Part shown: positions 40,119 to 53,257 of the stretch, one piece after another
How the letters are laid out: the number at the start of each line of letters is the position of its first letter
Numbering within the stretch: the first letter of the stretch is position 1
Assembly (NCBI RefSeq): GCF_009914755.1
Contig: NC_060927.1
DNA: 64,000 bases
Reading direction: 5' to 3' (one strand)
Source: the human T2T-CHM13v2.0 reference genome, Homo sapiens
Notes under the pieces: generated by a model
What the model was told of the DNA's origin: nothing
Databases searched by the model: none
What the model saw: the letters and a program-made list of their open reading frames with translations, nothing else
Program-made: the position numbers and the translations under genes

Positions 40119-40491
40119 TGATGTGGTTTGGCTCTGTATCCCTACCCAAATCTCATCTGCAACTGTAATCTGCACGTGTTGATGAAGGGACCTGGTGGGA
40201 GGTGATTGGATCATGGCGGCAGTTTCCCCCATGCTGTTCTCATGATAATGAGTGTGTTCTCATGAAATCTGATGGTTTAAAAGTGGCACTTCCTGCTTTG
40301 CACTCTCTCTCTCTCTCTCCTTGCTGCCTTGTGAAGAAGGTGCTTGCTTCTCCTTTGCCTTCTGCCATAATTGTAAGTTTCCTGGGGCCTCCATAGCCTT
40401 GAGGAACTGTGAGTTAATTAAACCTCTTTTCTTTATAAATTACCCAGTCTTGGGTAGTATCTTTATAAGAGTGTGAAAATGGACAAATATA
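40119..40491 (+). mobile_element. MaLR solo LTR, MSTA-like
   Basis: TGATGTGGTTTGGCTCTGTATCCCTACCCAAATCTCATC...ATTAAACCTCTTTTCTTTATAAATTACCCAGTCT. TSD CATGA/CATAA. Confidence 0.9.
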
Positions 40492-40574
40492 CATAAAATA
40501 CCGTATATTGAAGAATGCAGTGAGTCCACTTAGCAAATCCAAGAATCAGGACATTTGCCCAGGCCTGGAACCAG

Positions 40575-40680
40575 ATAGGGCAATAATATGCACACTTTTT
40601 CTGTAAAGGGCTAGATGGTAAATAGTTTTGGCTTCGCTGGACATACTTCCCTATGGCACCAACTCAGCTCTGCCTTTGGA
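40575..40680. mobile_element. MER58 fragment
   Basis: TTTTTCTGTAAAGGGCTAGATGGTAAATA...ACTCAGCTCTGCC. Confidence 0.7.
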
Positions 40681-42362
40681 GGGTTTGGCCTATGGACCCT
40701 GAGATCTGCTGCATCTGGTATCCCTTTCCTATTTCTGTGCTGAAGTTGTCTTTCAAAATTTCAGAGCTTTCTTTGCCCTCTACTAGCTGTGTGTACAGTC
40801 AACTAAAGACAAGAGGCTGTGCCCAGAGCCAAGCCCAGGTATCGTTACACAAGGAGCCTCCATAGCCTGAGTGGCCAGAGAGACGGTATGATGCAACCAA
40901 TAGCAGAAGAGACAGGGATCCATAGCCTGACAGTGGGCAGGAAAACCAGTGGGATGAATTTGTAGGATATGTAAGCATTCGCTGGGGATGACCAGAGAGA
41001 CCTAAGGAATAAAATCTCAAGACAGGGTTCTTTGCAGCCAAATGTGTTGGGGACTCATGTCTTAATTTTGATACTTAAAAAAATAGATTTTAACCTTATT
41101 CTCCAGCAGAGGCTGATGGGGTCTGGGGCACTTGGGATATACTTATATTTGTCTTTATCAAATGTTGATAAGACAAGCAAACAAATACACATGTTTAGAC
41201 AAGTGAGATCCCACGATCTTCCTCCTTTCTCTCTTTTGACTCTGACAACACGTTTCCAAACAGCACAATAGCTAACAGGAGAAACAGCCTCAAGAGTCCA
41301 CAGTGTAGAAAACTAGCCCAGTGCATTGGGAAAAATCCAGGGGGACAGGAAGGTAACAAAAGTCCAGGGTTAAGTGTTTTCTTCCCAACTGTTCAAGAAA
41401 CTTGGGATGAGAAAATTCAATGGCACTTAATGACATTTTCTAAATACCTTAATTACTTAGACTTTGGTTATTAGTTAATGAGCTGGAAAGATGAAATAAG
41501 ACAATATTAACTCATGAGCAATCAGAATAATTCAATTAACATGAGTATGCATGATGTTGTCTGGAACCCTGTTGTGATAAATAAAAATGAAAACTCTTTG
41601 GTAAAAATTCAAAGGAAAAATAAGTGTCTTCATGTTCCTCCAAATCACAGGGAGGTAATTCAAAATGTTTACTTTTTAATCCTGGTCTTTCTTTACTTGA
41701 CTATAATCTACGAAATAAGAAAATTCAATGATAAACATATGAAATAGGCATCTCTATCTTTGATTAACCCAAAATCTCCTCACTCCCACAGACATGCACA
41801 GGGCCCAGTCAAAAGTGTACAAAAACAGAATATATAGTGTTTCTTCTTCTCAATTATTCAGTTAAATTCAATGTCTGAGATGATAAAGACCTGGCTTAAA
41901 TGCCTGTTAAAAGATGAAAGTGGTCAAATAAATCATATACTGTAGAAGAAAATTCTAAACTCTCAAAAAACTCACTGTCTTCTAGGGCATATGATTTATT
42001 GACAACAAATATAGCAAACTGTGCAATAATAGAAGTACATTATAAATCTATAAAAAGCATGGGATGGGCAGACAAAGGTTGCAGAGATGAGCATGCTCAA
42101 GCTAGGTCTGGAGTCTACACAGGAATTACTAAATGGACAAAGGGAGTTTAAAAGGCTCTAGGTAAAGAGGACTCATGGAGAAAGGTAAAGACAGTCAAAT
42201 AATGAGGGAGAAAGCACATTTCAGTTGATTTTACTGCTGGAATGGAGAGTCCAAGATGGAGGGCCTAGAATGGTCAGTGAGCAGGCAACAGTAAAAATTT
42301 TTAAGCAGAGAAATATTTTGAATACATTTTTTTCTACAACAGGAGACTGTTGTCTGTAGCTT

Positions 42363-42812
42363 TGTAACCAAAACACCAGGGGTTCAGTCTAGGTCCTGCT
42401 GTTTGCTGCACAGAAAGCCAATGACTGAGACGACGTGTCCTGCCAAGGAAGAAGGCTTTAATCGTGCTCTGCAATTGGGTAGATAGGAGCTCAGTCTCAA
42501 ACCTGTCTCCCTGATTGACTAAAACTAGGGGTTTATATAGTAGGGAAGAAATGTAACAATGTGTAAGAAAACAGGAACCAGGGATGGGGCAAGGAAGCAA
42601 TCATGATGAATGAGTGGTCCCACATCTCATTGTCTAGATGTGGTGATCTGGTGAGTTTCAGTTCTTTGATACCTTTTTTAAGAGGCCTGAAAGTCATTTC
42701 CTGAGGAAGGAACTCAAATAAAACAAATGAAATTTCAAGTTTTAAGACCAGAAGAGTCAATTTCTATGTTTATCCAAAAACAACTGTCTATGAGACTATT
42801 GGGTTGGTTTCA
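42363..42812 (-). mobile_element. ERV1 solo LTR (MER4 group, possibly MER66)
   Basis: TG...CA termini, 450 bp, perfect TSD GCTT (42359-42362 / 42813-42816). Minus strand begins TGAAACCAACCCAATAGTC. Confidence 0.8.
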
Positions 42813-44569
42813 GCTTGTTACTCAGTGGGTTAGCAGGCAGTGTTTACGGGGAAGGCATCATAGCATCCAGTCTATTCAGGTTCATAGCAACCTCAAGGCT
42901 GTGACTACTGACAGTATTCTCAACTTCCCCCAGCCATTCCCATAAGAGGCAGGTGTTTTATTGTCAGAAAGCATATTAGGAGCAGCAGCTGGGTGTCTGA
43001 AAGTGCTTGTAAATGCAGTGACCATTGAGATGGCCCAGGGAACTTACAGACAACTTTTTATTAGCAGGAGCCAAATTTGTAATGCGGAAGTTGGATATGT
43101 ACAGGCAAGAGATGCCAGGTATTATTAGCATCAGTGCTTTCTGGCCTGCACCCGGCCTCTTCTTTGACATTTTTCCTAATTTCATTCAAGCATAATAGAA
43201 AGGGGGGAAGAGAGCGTTGGACCCAAGAATGCCAGTACCTGTGTGTCAGAACTCTCTGTTGCTAAACTAGGGAAACCTCACTAATTAATTGTGAGGCACT
43301 TTCTATTGGTCCTCAGTATCCTTTTGATTTGTCCAGGCTGCCACAAAGAAGCTATTAACATTGGCACAGGAAATGAAGCCTAGCTGCCATTTCTGTTTTA
43401 GGACAGTCCTGTAGAATGGTTTGTTAACAGCGGCTTCCAATGAACATAATTCCAGTGGAAAGTCGTTTAAGGTGGTGGCCTCAGTGCTTGATGGTGGGCT
43501 ACCAGAAGGCTAAAAGCCCGCCTGTGCAGACTCAAGGCAAAAGTCAGAAGTAAGGGTAAGAAGAATAGGGGAATAAGTGTCCAGAAGTCAAAACTCAAGA
43601 GTCAGAGACATACACTAACCCTTCTGCTAGGAATATTCTTCCACCCGCTATTCCTTTGATAAATTCATATTTATTCTTCAGGTCTTAGCTTAGAAATTGC
43701 TTTTCTTACTCAACTCCCACTTGTCAATTTTGTCATACCTTTTATTGCACTAACAGAATCCCAGACTTTTCTATCATGGCACCCTTTACCATCTATGCAA
43801 CTCTTATAGGCACTGAATATTTCCTTAAAAAATGCAAAATATTAGTCTGGCTCTATTTATGACTAGCACAGCAGATTCCCCATTTATTTATTTTCGATTT
43901 TTTTCCTAAACTTGTTTTGATAAGCAAGCCTCATTTACATTTTTCAAATTGAATTGACATCAGAATACAGAAAATAATATGATTTGGCCACCCAACCAGG
44001 TTAGTTAAGTCAAAGGGTATGTATATTATCAGGACCCAAAGAGGCTTTGTGCCTTGAGCAGAAAAACTTTTTTTTTTTTTTGCTATAGCAGGGTCTGCTT
44101 CTTTTTCCAGGACATAGCCAGCCCAAAGTCTTGGCTTGAAGCCCTAATTCCCCATCTCTGGAAGTTCTCCATAGTTGCTGAGTGAATTCAACCAGTGAAG
44201 TAAAATGTGATTAGAACCAAGTTTGTTATTACATAAACCTGTATATATTATGTAGCCAATTGAAACCTGAGTTTGAAAGAGACAGTGTACTTTGGAAAGA
44301 AAAAGGGCAGTTGTTCAAGTCAGAAAGGCCTGGGCTTTCTTTTTGTTGTTTATTGAGGGAGGGGAGTGTATTTCAGTTCTGCATAAGCTTAGTCAAGTTA
44401 CTTAGCCTCTCCAAGTTTCTGATTTATTAATTGTAGATACTTTGAAAGCTTGCTGTGTTGCCAGCTTTCAAATATCATTTGTTGAGGCTGGCACAATGTT
44501 TGACCATAATTAAAAGAAATAAAATTACAAGTACACATTTTGAAAATTATTAATCAGGTTACAACTTGT

Positions 44570-44740
44570 ATATATATGCTCTTTCAGTCCTTACCACTGC
44601 CCTAAGTAGGCTCTCTTACTATCTTCATTTGACCTGATAAAATTAAGCCTCAGAGAAGTTAACCTGACTTGCTCAAGGACATCCAGATAGTAAAGGTCAG
44701 AGGGAACCAGGATTCAAACACAGATTGTTCTGATTTCTTA
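44570..44740. mobile_element. MIR SINE relic
   Basis: CTCAGAGAAGTTAACCTGACTTGCTCAAGGACATCCAG...CCAGGATTCAAAC. Confidence 0.75.
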
Positions 44741-44959
44741 GCTCACGTGGTGCAGTTTGCCCACAACTATGGTCAGCTTACGGAGTGGTGTGGATATACC
44801 TCCACATTGTGAATGGCTTTTTGACAAACTCTAGATAAAACCTATATTTCCTGTCTTCCCTGGGGATAGTAGGCAAAAGTTGCAGAAGTGTGGGGCTTCT
44901 TAAAAAGCACTTTAAAGGGGGCTCACTCAGTGTGAAACCACACTGTTTGCCCCTTACTC

Positions 44960-45230
44960 CTTTCAATTGAACATGATGGCTGAAGCTACAATAGGCATCT
45001 CATGACCATAAGGTGACCTCTAGGATGAGGGTCATACTAAGGGTAGAGGAGCAGAAACAGAGAATACTCCTGGGTCCTTGATAATTGTGGTGCTACCATA
45101 CCATCCCTAGAATGCCCACAACTAGACATCTTGTATATGAGAGAAAATACAATTTTTTGTCTTATTTAACCCATTGCTATTTGATGTTTTTAAAAAATAT
45201 ATATGGCTGAACTGAATCCTAGCTAATATA
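44960..45230 (+). mobile_element. Old MaLR LTR relic (MLT1 family)
   Basis: CCTGGGTCCTTGAT...AGACATCTTGTATATGAGAGAAAATA...CTTATTTAACCCATTG...GCTGAACTGAATCCTAGCTAATA. Confidence 0.6.
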
Positions 45231-46344
45231 GGCTTCCACTAGATTTTTCATGTTTATGTTTCTTGGACTGAGGAATATGACAGTATGGAGACTTCAATCA
45301 CATTTTAAAATTTATAAGGCATAACTGAATCAGGCAAGATACACAAAATAATAGCCAGAGAATGCCAAAATGACCATATAATTTGTTACTTCTTCTGGCT
45401 CAGGACAATCACAAAAAAAGAAAGGAAAAGCAAATATTTGTTATTCTGCTTTGTAGTATTCCAAATATCCATCATTTAGCTCCCAAGGGAAAGACTCCCA
45501 AAGACTGAAGCTTCTGGAGTAAAACCTCATATCTGTCCCCTAAGAAATCATCCTACTAGTTGGTCTAATCTTTTTGAATACTGCTATAAGAATAGTCTAC
45601 TGATCTCCATGTTCTTAAAAGAACATGATACAAGAAGGTCCACAAACAACGGGGACTACATATTGAGTACTTGCTCCATCCGAGGCAGCACTCTAACTCC
45701 TTTACATCAATTTACCTCCTTGAATTTCAAAGTAACCTCATGATCATTAATTTCTTTTACAAATCATCAGGCTCACATACAGAGAGATTCTAAACTAGGT
45801 ATGCACAGGAAAGAATGATTTCAAAGAAATAATGATACAGCAAATGATTTGAAACCCATCTAATACTTTCAATTACAAAAAAAAGTTATAGATGCCCTCC
45901 TTAAGGGAAAAATATTAAATCAGAAATACCTCTCTTTTTAATATAGGAATTGACTTTAATTAAAGCAAGTTATGAAGTAAATCTCTAGAGCCTTAAAGTT
46001 TTTTGCTTATTCTGGTTTTAAATTTCTTAGCTGTACTGATAGAGAACCTTGATTTGATGGCAAACTAGCTAAGGCAGAAAGCTCAACAACACACTCAAGT
46101 CATACATTATCCTTGAGGTAACAGCAAGCTAAAGGGTGTTTGTGTTTATTTGTTTTTGTAGAGGGTTATAGTCTTTAAGAGGGCAAATTAGTAAAGATCA
46201 AATGCCAGTTAGGAACAAGATAACAAAAAATTTTCAGAAGCAATTAAAAATGCATAAGGAAATATCAACATACTTTCCCCAAAATTATTTTGGAGTGAAG
46301 TCATTGGAGGCATGCCTCCCATGCACAGGCACCATTATCTTTGC

Positions 46345-46815
46345 ATTTATTCTGGGGGCTGTACAGTGTATCTTCCACTTCCCCTTCCAGATCCTATTTC
46401 CACTGCTTTTCACCCTTCTCAGTTCCCCAAGAGGCTGGCCAGTGGGGCCACTTCCAGTGGGGTTGGCCATTGGAGCACATTAGCAGGAGACCAGAGGGGT
46501 GGAGGAAAGCATGTTTAGGCCATGCATTCCCTAGAGTCTCCACAGGTTTTAACAAAGCACATGCTTCTTCCACCCTGGCATCCCTCTTCACAGCTCTCAT
46601 TCTTTCTCTCCATTTATTTTTCTTTAGGTTTTAGTAACTATTCCTTTTCCTTCCCCATTCAGACCCAGCCTATTTCTAGCCCCAAGGTAGTACCCAAACT
46701 CTTTTGGGGTTCCCATATTCTGACCATAACATGGTAAAGGATCTCTTTCTAAAGTGCTCTTGAAACTACACAGCTTGTGTGTCATCTGCTTCCTGCCAGA
46801 ACCCTTATTAAGGCA
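46345..46815 (+). mobile_element. ERVL LTR33-like LTR
   Basis: CTTCCAGTGGGGTTGGCCATTGG...CAGGAGACCAGAGGG...TGTCATCTGCTTCCTGCCAGAACCC. Confidence 0.65.
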
Positions 46816-47638
46816 AAATGCCTTAGAAATCTTGGCTATGAAGACTTGGATATGAGAAATCAGCTCCCTTTACAGCTCTCTACCTTAGAAAACAGCCCCA
46901 TGTATAATGTCCTTTTTGAGGATTATGCAGGGGAGTTCTAAGGTTATTACAGTCATAAATAAAGATGTTAACAGCTACAGGGATCCAAGAGTACCAGCAA
47001 GAAAACTTCCTTGTGCCAACCTGAGATGAAGAATAGTTCATATCAAAATGAAAGGGGAGAGGCAGCAGTTGAGTTATAATAAACAGAGCAATAAGCCACA
47101 GGCAAAGCCCAATAAGCAGGGAGAAGCAGGCAGGCATGCCTACCTTGGGATGTGAGATCAGGGCCAATTGGATGAAAATGGGAAGTCACTTCACGAACCA
47201 GACACAATTGCTCAGGCAGCCTGTAGGGCAGAGAACAGAAAATAGGGAAAAGGCAACTTAATTCAAATAAACTTTTCCGAACATGACTTGAGACAGGCTT
47301 ATCATAAAATCCCTCACAGCGGTACGTATTGGAGTTATTCCATTACATTTACACATATTAGAGTCCTCAATACAGCCATGATTATAGATCATATTCTTAT
47401 TGAAGCCTGATTGATTTTCTAATTCATTCATTAGTTCATTTACTTCTTCATCATCCATCCACCCATCCACTCAACAAACAATGTCAGGGCATCTACAGAG
47501 TACAAAGCATGATATTATGCATGTGAGATACAAACAAAAGCAAAGGACAGTCCCTAACTATAATCTGGTTGGGCACATTAACAGAGAGATGAACAAGCTA
47601 ATGATTTCATGATAAGTGATGGACACCATGATAAGTGC

Positions 47639-47822
47639 CAACAAGAAGTGGACAAATTCCTAGACACATACAGCCTACCAAGGTTGAGCTATGAATAAAT
47701 CTAAAACCTGACCAGACCAATAACAGGTAATGAGATTGAAGCCATAATAAAAAGGTCTCTCAGTAAAGAAAAGCCCGGGACCCAATGGCTTCACTGCTGA
47801 ATTCTACCAAACATTTAAAGAA
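47639..47822 (+). mobile_element. Isolated internal L1 ORF2 fragment inside an L2 relic
   Basis: GAAGTGGACAAATTCCTAGACACATAC...AAAGAAAAGCCCGGGACCCAATGGCTTCACTGCTGAATTCTACCAAACATTTAAAG encodes ORF2p-like DKFLDTY and KKSPGPNGFTAEFYQTFK. Confidence 0.9.
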
Positions 47823-48948
47823 GTGCAAAGGTAGTGAAATGCAGAGGGCAAGGGAGCACAGAGGAAGCAGACATGGTTCGGAGTCTGAGGGTCCTTGGGG
47901 ATAGCCAGGGAAAGCTTCATGGAAGAGGAGGCAACTGAGCTGAATTTTAATGTTGAATCTGACTTAAAAAGAGGAAGAGTATCCTAGCATGTGGTATGGA
48001 TCATAGGCATCTTTAAATAGACAATTTCAAAAGAGCACAAAATTTTCTTCACATCTTTCAAGGAAATTCAATGCCTGAAGTGATACCCAGTGTCTGAACT
48101 ACCCCCATCCTTTTCCTAACACATACCTTTGTTGCTAGGCAACAACCCCTGGGCTAGATCCAGCCTTATTCTCAATTAATTTGGGGGAGATATTTTGTTG
48201 TTTAAATTAATACCCTTGGAGCTTCATTTTACAAAGAACAGGGAATTGCTTTGGGCCTTTCTATTTGGTTTAACTGTGAATTTTCTAACTTCTCTTCAAT
48301 CATACTTCCACCTCAATTTAGATCCAAAAAAGTCACACCTATCACAATGAAGAAGAACTGGTGTAATTGTTTCGAAACAACCTTTCTCAGATCCACTTGC
48401 TTAGAAGCTATTAAACTTTTTGAACTCTCTTGGGAAATAGAAAAATGATTAAGATGAGTTTTGAGTATCTTTTTATAACAAGGAAATCTTGCAATATAGA
48501 AAAAGGTGTATTGTAATTAAGTACATTAAACTTTGACTGCCTCCAGCTATGTAACCAATGCAATGCCAGGGGTTAGGTGACGGAAAGCAATGTGCTTCGG
48601 GGTTTTCATTCCTGAAAATTTTTAAGGCTGATAGAAAAGTGTCCTGGTGCTGCACTATGAAGAAATATTCGTTTTTGATTTATATGAAATGCTATTGAAT
48701 CATTTTATGGAAAGAGGCAGACTTAATTAGAATTATCTCCAAGAAAAATGAAGGCCCTAGAATAATTCATAAAATATGAGCTTACTGTGCAGAAGAGATG
48801 TGTTCATTGCTTTATAGGTGTATAGAAGGAGACAAAAGGATATGATCAAAAACCGTTTGCAGTAATACCTGTAGTTGGGTTGAGAAACAGTAATGGAGTT
48901 TCAAATGCTGTAATGAATCATGTAAAGGAGTATGTAATTGAGCGTGTA

Positions 48949-51328
48949 CAGGCATACCTCATTTTATTGCATGTCACTTTACTGATCTTCTCAGATACTG
49001 CACTTTTTACAAATGGAAGGTTTGTGGTAACCTTGTATTGAGCAAGTCTATTGGCACTATTTTTCAAACAACATGTGCTTACTTCATGTCTCTGTGTAAT
49101 TGTCGTTTTGGTAATTGTCACATTATTTCAACCTTTTTCTTATTATTATATCTATTATGGTTATCTGTGATCAGTGTTCTTTGATGTTACTGTTATAATT
49201 GTTTTTGGAAACGATGAACCATGTCCATATAAGATGGCAAATTTAATCAATAAATATTATGTCTGTTCTGACTCTGCCAACAACTATCCATTCTCCTTTC
49301 TCTCTCCATCTCCTTGGGTTTCCCTATTCTCTGAGACACAATGAACAATAGTGAAATTAAGCCAGTTAATAACCCTATGATGGCTTCTAAGTGTTCAAGT
49401 GAAAGGCAGAGTCTCAAATCTCTCATTTTAAATCAAAAGCTAGAAATGATTAAACTTATCAAGGAAGACATGTCAAAAGCTGAGGCAGGCATAAAGTTAA
49501 ACCTTCTGCACCAAACAGCCAAATGGTGAATAAAAGGAAAAGTTCTTCTAGGAAATTAAAACTGCTACTCCAGTGAGCACACAAATTATAAAAAAGCAAA
49601 GCACACATTGCTGATACAGAGAAAGTTTGAGTGGTCTGGATAGAAGATCAAACCAGCCACAACATTCCCTTAAGCCAAAATCTCATCCAGAGCAAGGCCC
49701 TAACTCTCTTCAATTTCAATTCTATGAAGGCTGAGAGAGGTGAGGAAGCTGTAGAAGAAAAGTTGGAAGCTAGCAGAGGTTGGTTCACAAGATTTAAGGA
49801 AAGAATCTGTCTCCACAACATAAAAGTGCAAGGTGAAGCAGCAAGTGCTAACTTGGAAGCCATAGAAAGTTTTTCAGAGAAGATCTAGTGAAGATAATTG
49901 ATGAAAGTGGCTACCTGAAATAACAGATTTTCAGTGTAGATAAAACAGCCTTATATTAGAAGATGCCATCTAGGACTGTCATAGCAAGAGAGGAAAAGTC
50001 AACACCTGGCTTTGATGATTCTCGTGTTAGGGGTTAATGCAGCTGCTTATTTTTAGTTGAAGTCATTATTCATTTACCACCCTAAGAATCCAAAATCTAC
50101 TCTGCCTGTGCTCTAGAAATGGGACAACAAAACCTGGATGAAAGCACATCTGTTTACAACATAGCTTGCTAAATACTTTATACCCACTGTTGAGACTTAC
50201 TTCTCAGAAAAAGAGATTTCTTGCAAAATGGTACTGCTCATTGACCATATATCTGGTCACCCAAGAACTCAGATGGAGATGTACAAGGATATTAATGTTT
50301 TTATGCCTGCTAACACAAAATTACTCTTTGATCCATTTTGCAGCCCATGGACCAAAGAGTAATTTTGACTCTGAAGTTATTATCTAGGAAATACATCTCA
50401 TAAGGCTACATAGATAGTAATTCCTGTGATAAATCCAGAAAAAAGTAAATTGAAAACCTCCTGGAATGTATTCAACATTGTAGTTGCCATTAAGAGCATT
50501 CATGATTCACGGGAGGGGATCAAACTATCCACATAAACAGGAGTTTAAAATATGTTGATTCCAACTTTTATGGGTGACTTTGAGGAGTTCAAGACTTCAG
50601 TGGAGGGGATAGGTGTTCCAAATAATGACAGAACTAGAATTAGAAAGGGAGCATGAAGATGTGACTGAATTGCTGCAATATCATGATTAAACTCAAATGA
50701 ATAAAAAGTTGCTTCTTGTGGATAAGCAAAGAAAGTGGTTTCTTGAGATAGAATTTACTCCTCGTGAAGATGCTATGAACATTGTTGAAATGACAACAAA
50801 GGATTTAGAATGGTACATAAACCTAGTTGATAAAGCAGTGGCAGGTTTTGCGAGCATTGACTCCAGTTTTGAAAGTAGTTCTACTGTGGGTAAAACGTTA
50901 TCAAATAGCACTGCATGAGAAATCTTTTGTGAAAGAAAGAGTCAGTCAATGTGGCAGACTTCATTGTCTTATTTTAAGAAAGCGCCACAGTCACCGCACC
51001 TTTTAGCAACCACTGCCCTGATCAGTCAGCAGCCATCAACATCGAGGCAAGATCTTCCACTAGCAAAATCATTATTACTCACTGAATACTCAGGTGATCA
51101 TTAGCATTTTTTTTAGCCATAAAGTATTTTTTTAATTTTATGCCATAAAGTATTTTTTAAAGGATTTTAGACATAATGCCATTGCTCACTTATTAGACCA
51201 CAGTATAGTGTAAGTATAAGTTTTATATCTACTAGGAAGCCAAAAAAATTGTGTCACATGCAAGTATTGAATATTTGCTTTACTGCATTAGTTGGAACCA
51301 AACTCGCAGTATTTCCAAGGTGTGCCTG
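48949..51328 (+). mobile_element. Tigger1 DNA transposon, near full length (2380 bp)
   Basis: Terminal inverted repeats CAGGCATACCT... and ...AGGTGTGCCTG. TA on the left, GA on the right. Internal transposase remnants present. Confidence 0.97.
49377..50940 (+). pseudogene. Decayed Tigger1 (pogo/CENP-B-like) transposase
   Basis: Fragments [41 protein letters not shown]...[13 protein letters not shown] and DAMNIVEMTTKDLEWYINLVDKAVAGF lie in separate ORFs broken by stops and frameshifts. Confidence 0.9.
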
Positions 51329-51356
51329 GATTTAGAATACAGAGCATTAAGTATAG

Positions 51357-51803
<447 letters not shown>

Positions 51804-52402
51804 TAAAATGCAGAGACTCTAAATGACTTACTCAAACCTGCCTGTCTTCACTTTGGGTTTCAATATATGTGATATGCATAAATATATATATATAAATATA
51901 TATGAAACATACAACAAATATAGAAAATGACACAAGACTCCCAAGTATGCAAAGGCCAAATATAGCCGATATTAGCATTCCATTGTATTTTCTTCAAAAC
52001 TCTTTTTTATTTTTTGTTACAAATTGGAGCTATGTCTTTCTTCCCACTCTTTCTTGCCCTGCTCCCTCCCATGTATAGGTACCAGAGCTCTAAAGTTGGT
52101 GATTATCATTATTGTCCATATTTTTGTACTTTTACTAAATTTACATGTATCTATAAATAAGATACAGTATTGATTACTGCTTCTCTATAATGTACATAAA
52201 TGATGTCACAGCATATATATTCTTTGTACCTAAACTGGACTTTTGGCACCTTTTCACACCATGTGTTGATTTAAAGTGCACAATTAAATCAACATTACCC
52301 AGAAACATCTTGATAGAATCAAGTAAAGAGATCTCATGGTATATTAACAAAAATGTGAGGATTGCTATCAGAATCACTCTTAGAATTCATACCTCTGTAT
52401 GG

Positions 52403-52614
52403 CAGTGGTCAGTAAACTATTTCTATAAAAAGAGCCAGATAGTAAAAATGTTCTGCTCTGAAGGATATATGGTTTCCATGGAAACTACTTGATCTATTTC
52501 AAATAAAAAAAGCAGGCATAGATAATATGTAAGTGAATGGGCATGGCTGTGTTCCAATAAAACTTTATTTATAAGAACAGACTATGGGCTGTTTTTGAAG
52601 TTTGCCAACCTCTG
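52403..52614. mobile_element. MER58A MITE
   Basis: CAGTGGTCAGTAAACTAT...GGCATGGCTGTGTTCCAATAAAACTTTATTTA...TTTGCCAACCTCTG. Confidence 0.85.
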
Positions 52615-52810
52615 GTACGTGGCAGTGAGAGAGGAAGGAGGGACCTGGCTGTGCCATCTTGCTGTCTATAGAACTCTGGGGTTGGTAGGGCTGATCTAAG
52701 GGGTCAACTTCCTCCTTGATGCTCCAAATGCATCCCTTATGAAGTGCTTCTCAGAGAAAGATAAACCCTCATTAGTGAGGAACACTGTTTGTTCCAATTT
52801 ATAAGGGGAA

Positions 52811-53257
52811 TGTAAAATTAAATAATTTAAACCTGAAGGTGTTGGAACTTTAAACTATTGTGAGCCCTGAGAGGAATGTGGCTATGTGGCCTGAGTCACA
52901 TAGCAGTTAGCTGCAACTTTTGCTTTTTCTTGTAAATAATTAGGAAAGACCAAATAGTGCCAAGGATAAGATCCCTGGAGATCATGAACCCCCTCTTATA
53001 GAATGTCACAGCAATCTTCCTTAAGCTACAGCAAGCTGTAACCAATTAAATCACTATAATATATGTACTGACCTTGCATGGAGAATGTTTTAACCCTTAT
53101 AAACTCTGCTTCTGCCTATATAAATGAAACCTTAACTTATCTGCTTTGGAGCACTGACTCTATTCCTTTGGAGTCTGTGTTTCCTGAGTGGCTATTCTCA
53201 GCTTTTTGCTCAAATAAACCCTATATGTAATCATAGTTTCTAAATTTAAGGTTGACA
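52811..53257 (+). mobile_element. ERV1-type solo LTR (subfamily uncertain)
   Basis: TGTAAAATT...GGTTGACA termini, TATA box CTATATAAA at about 53116, AATAAA at about 53213, flanks GGAA/GAAA. AP-1 motif TGAGTCA at 52892-52898. Confidence 0.75.

Noticed and set aside
49341-50918. Possible domesticated TIGD/CENP-B-like gene
   Set aside because: It has multiple stops and frameshifts and lies inside an ordinary TIR-bounded Tigger1.
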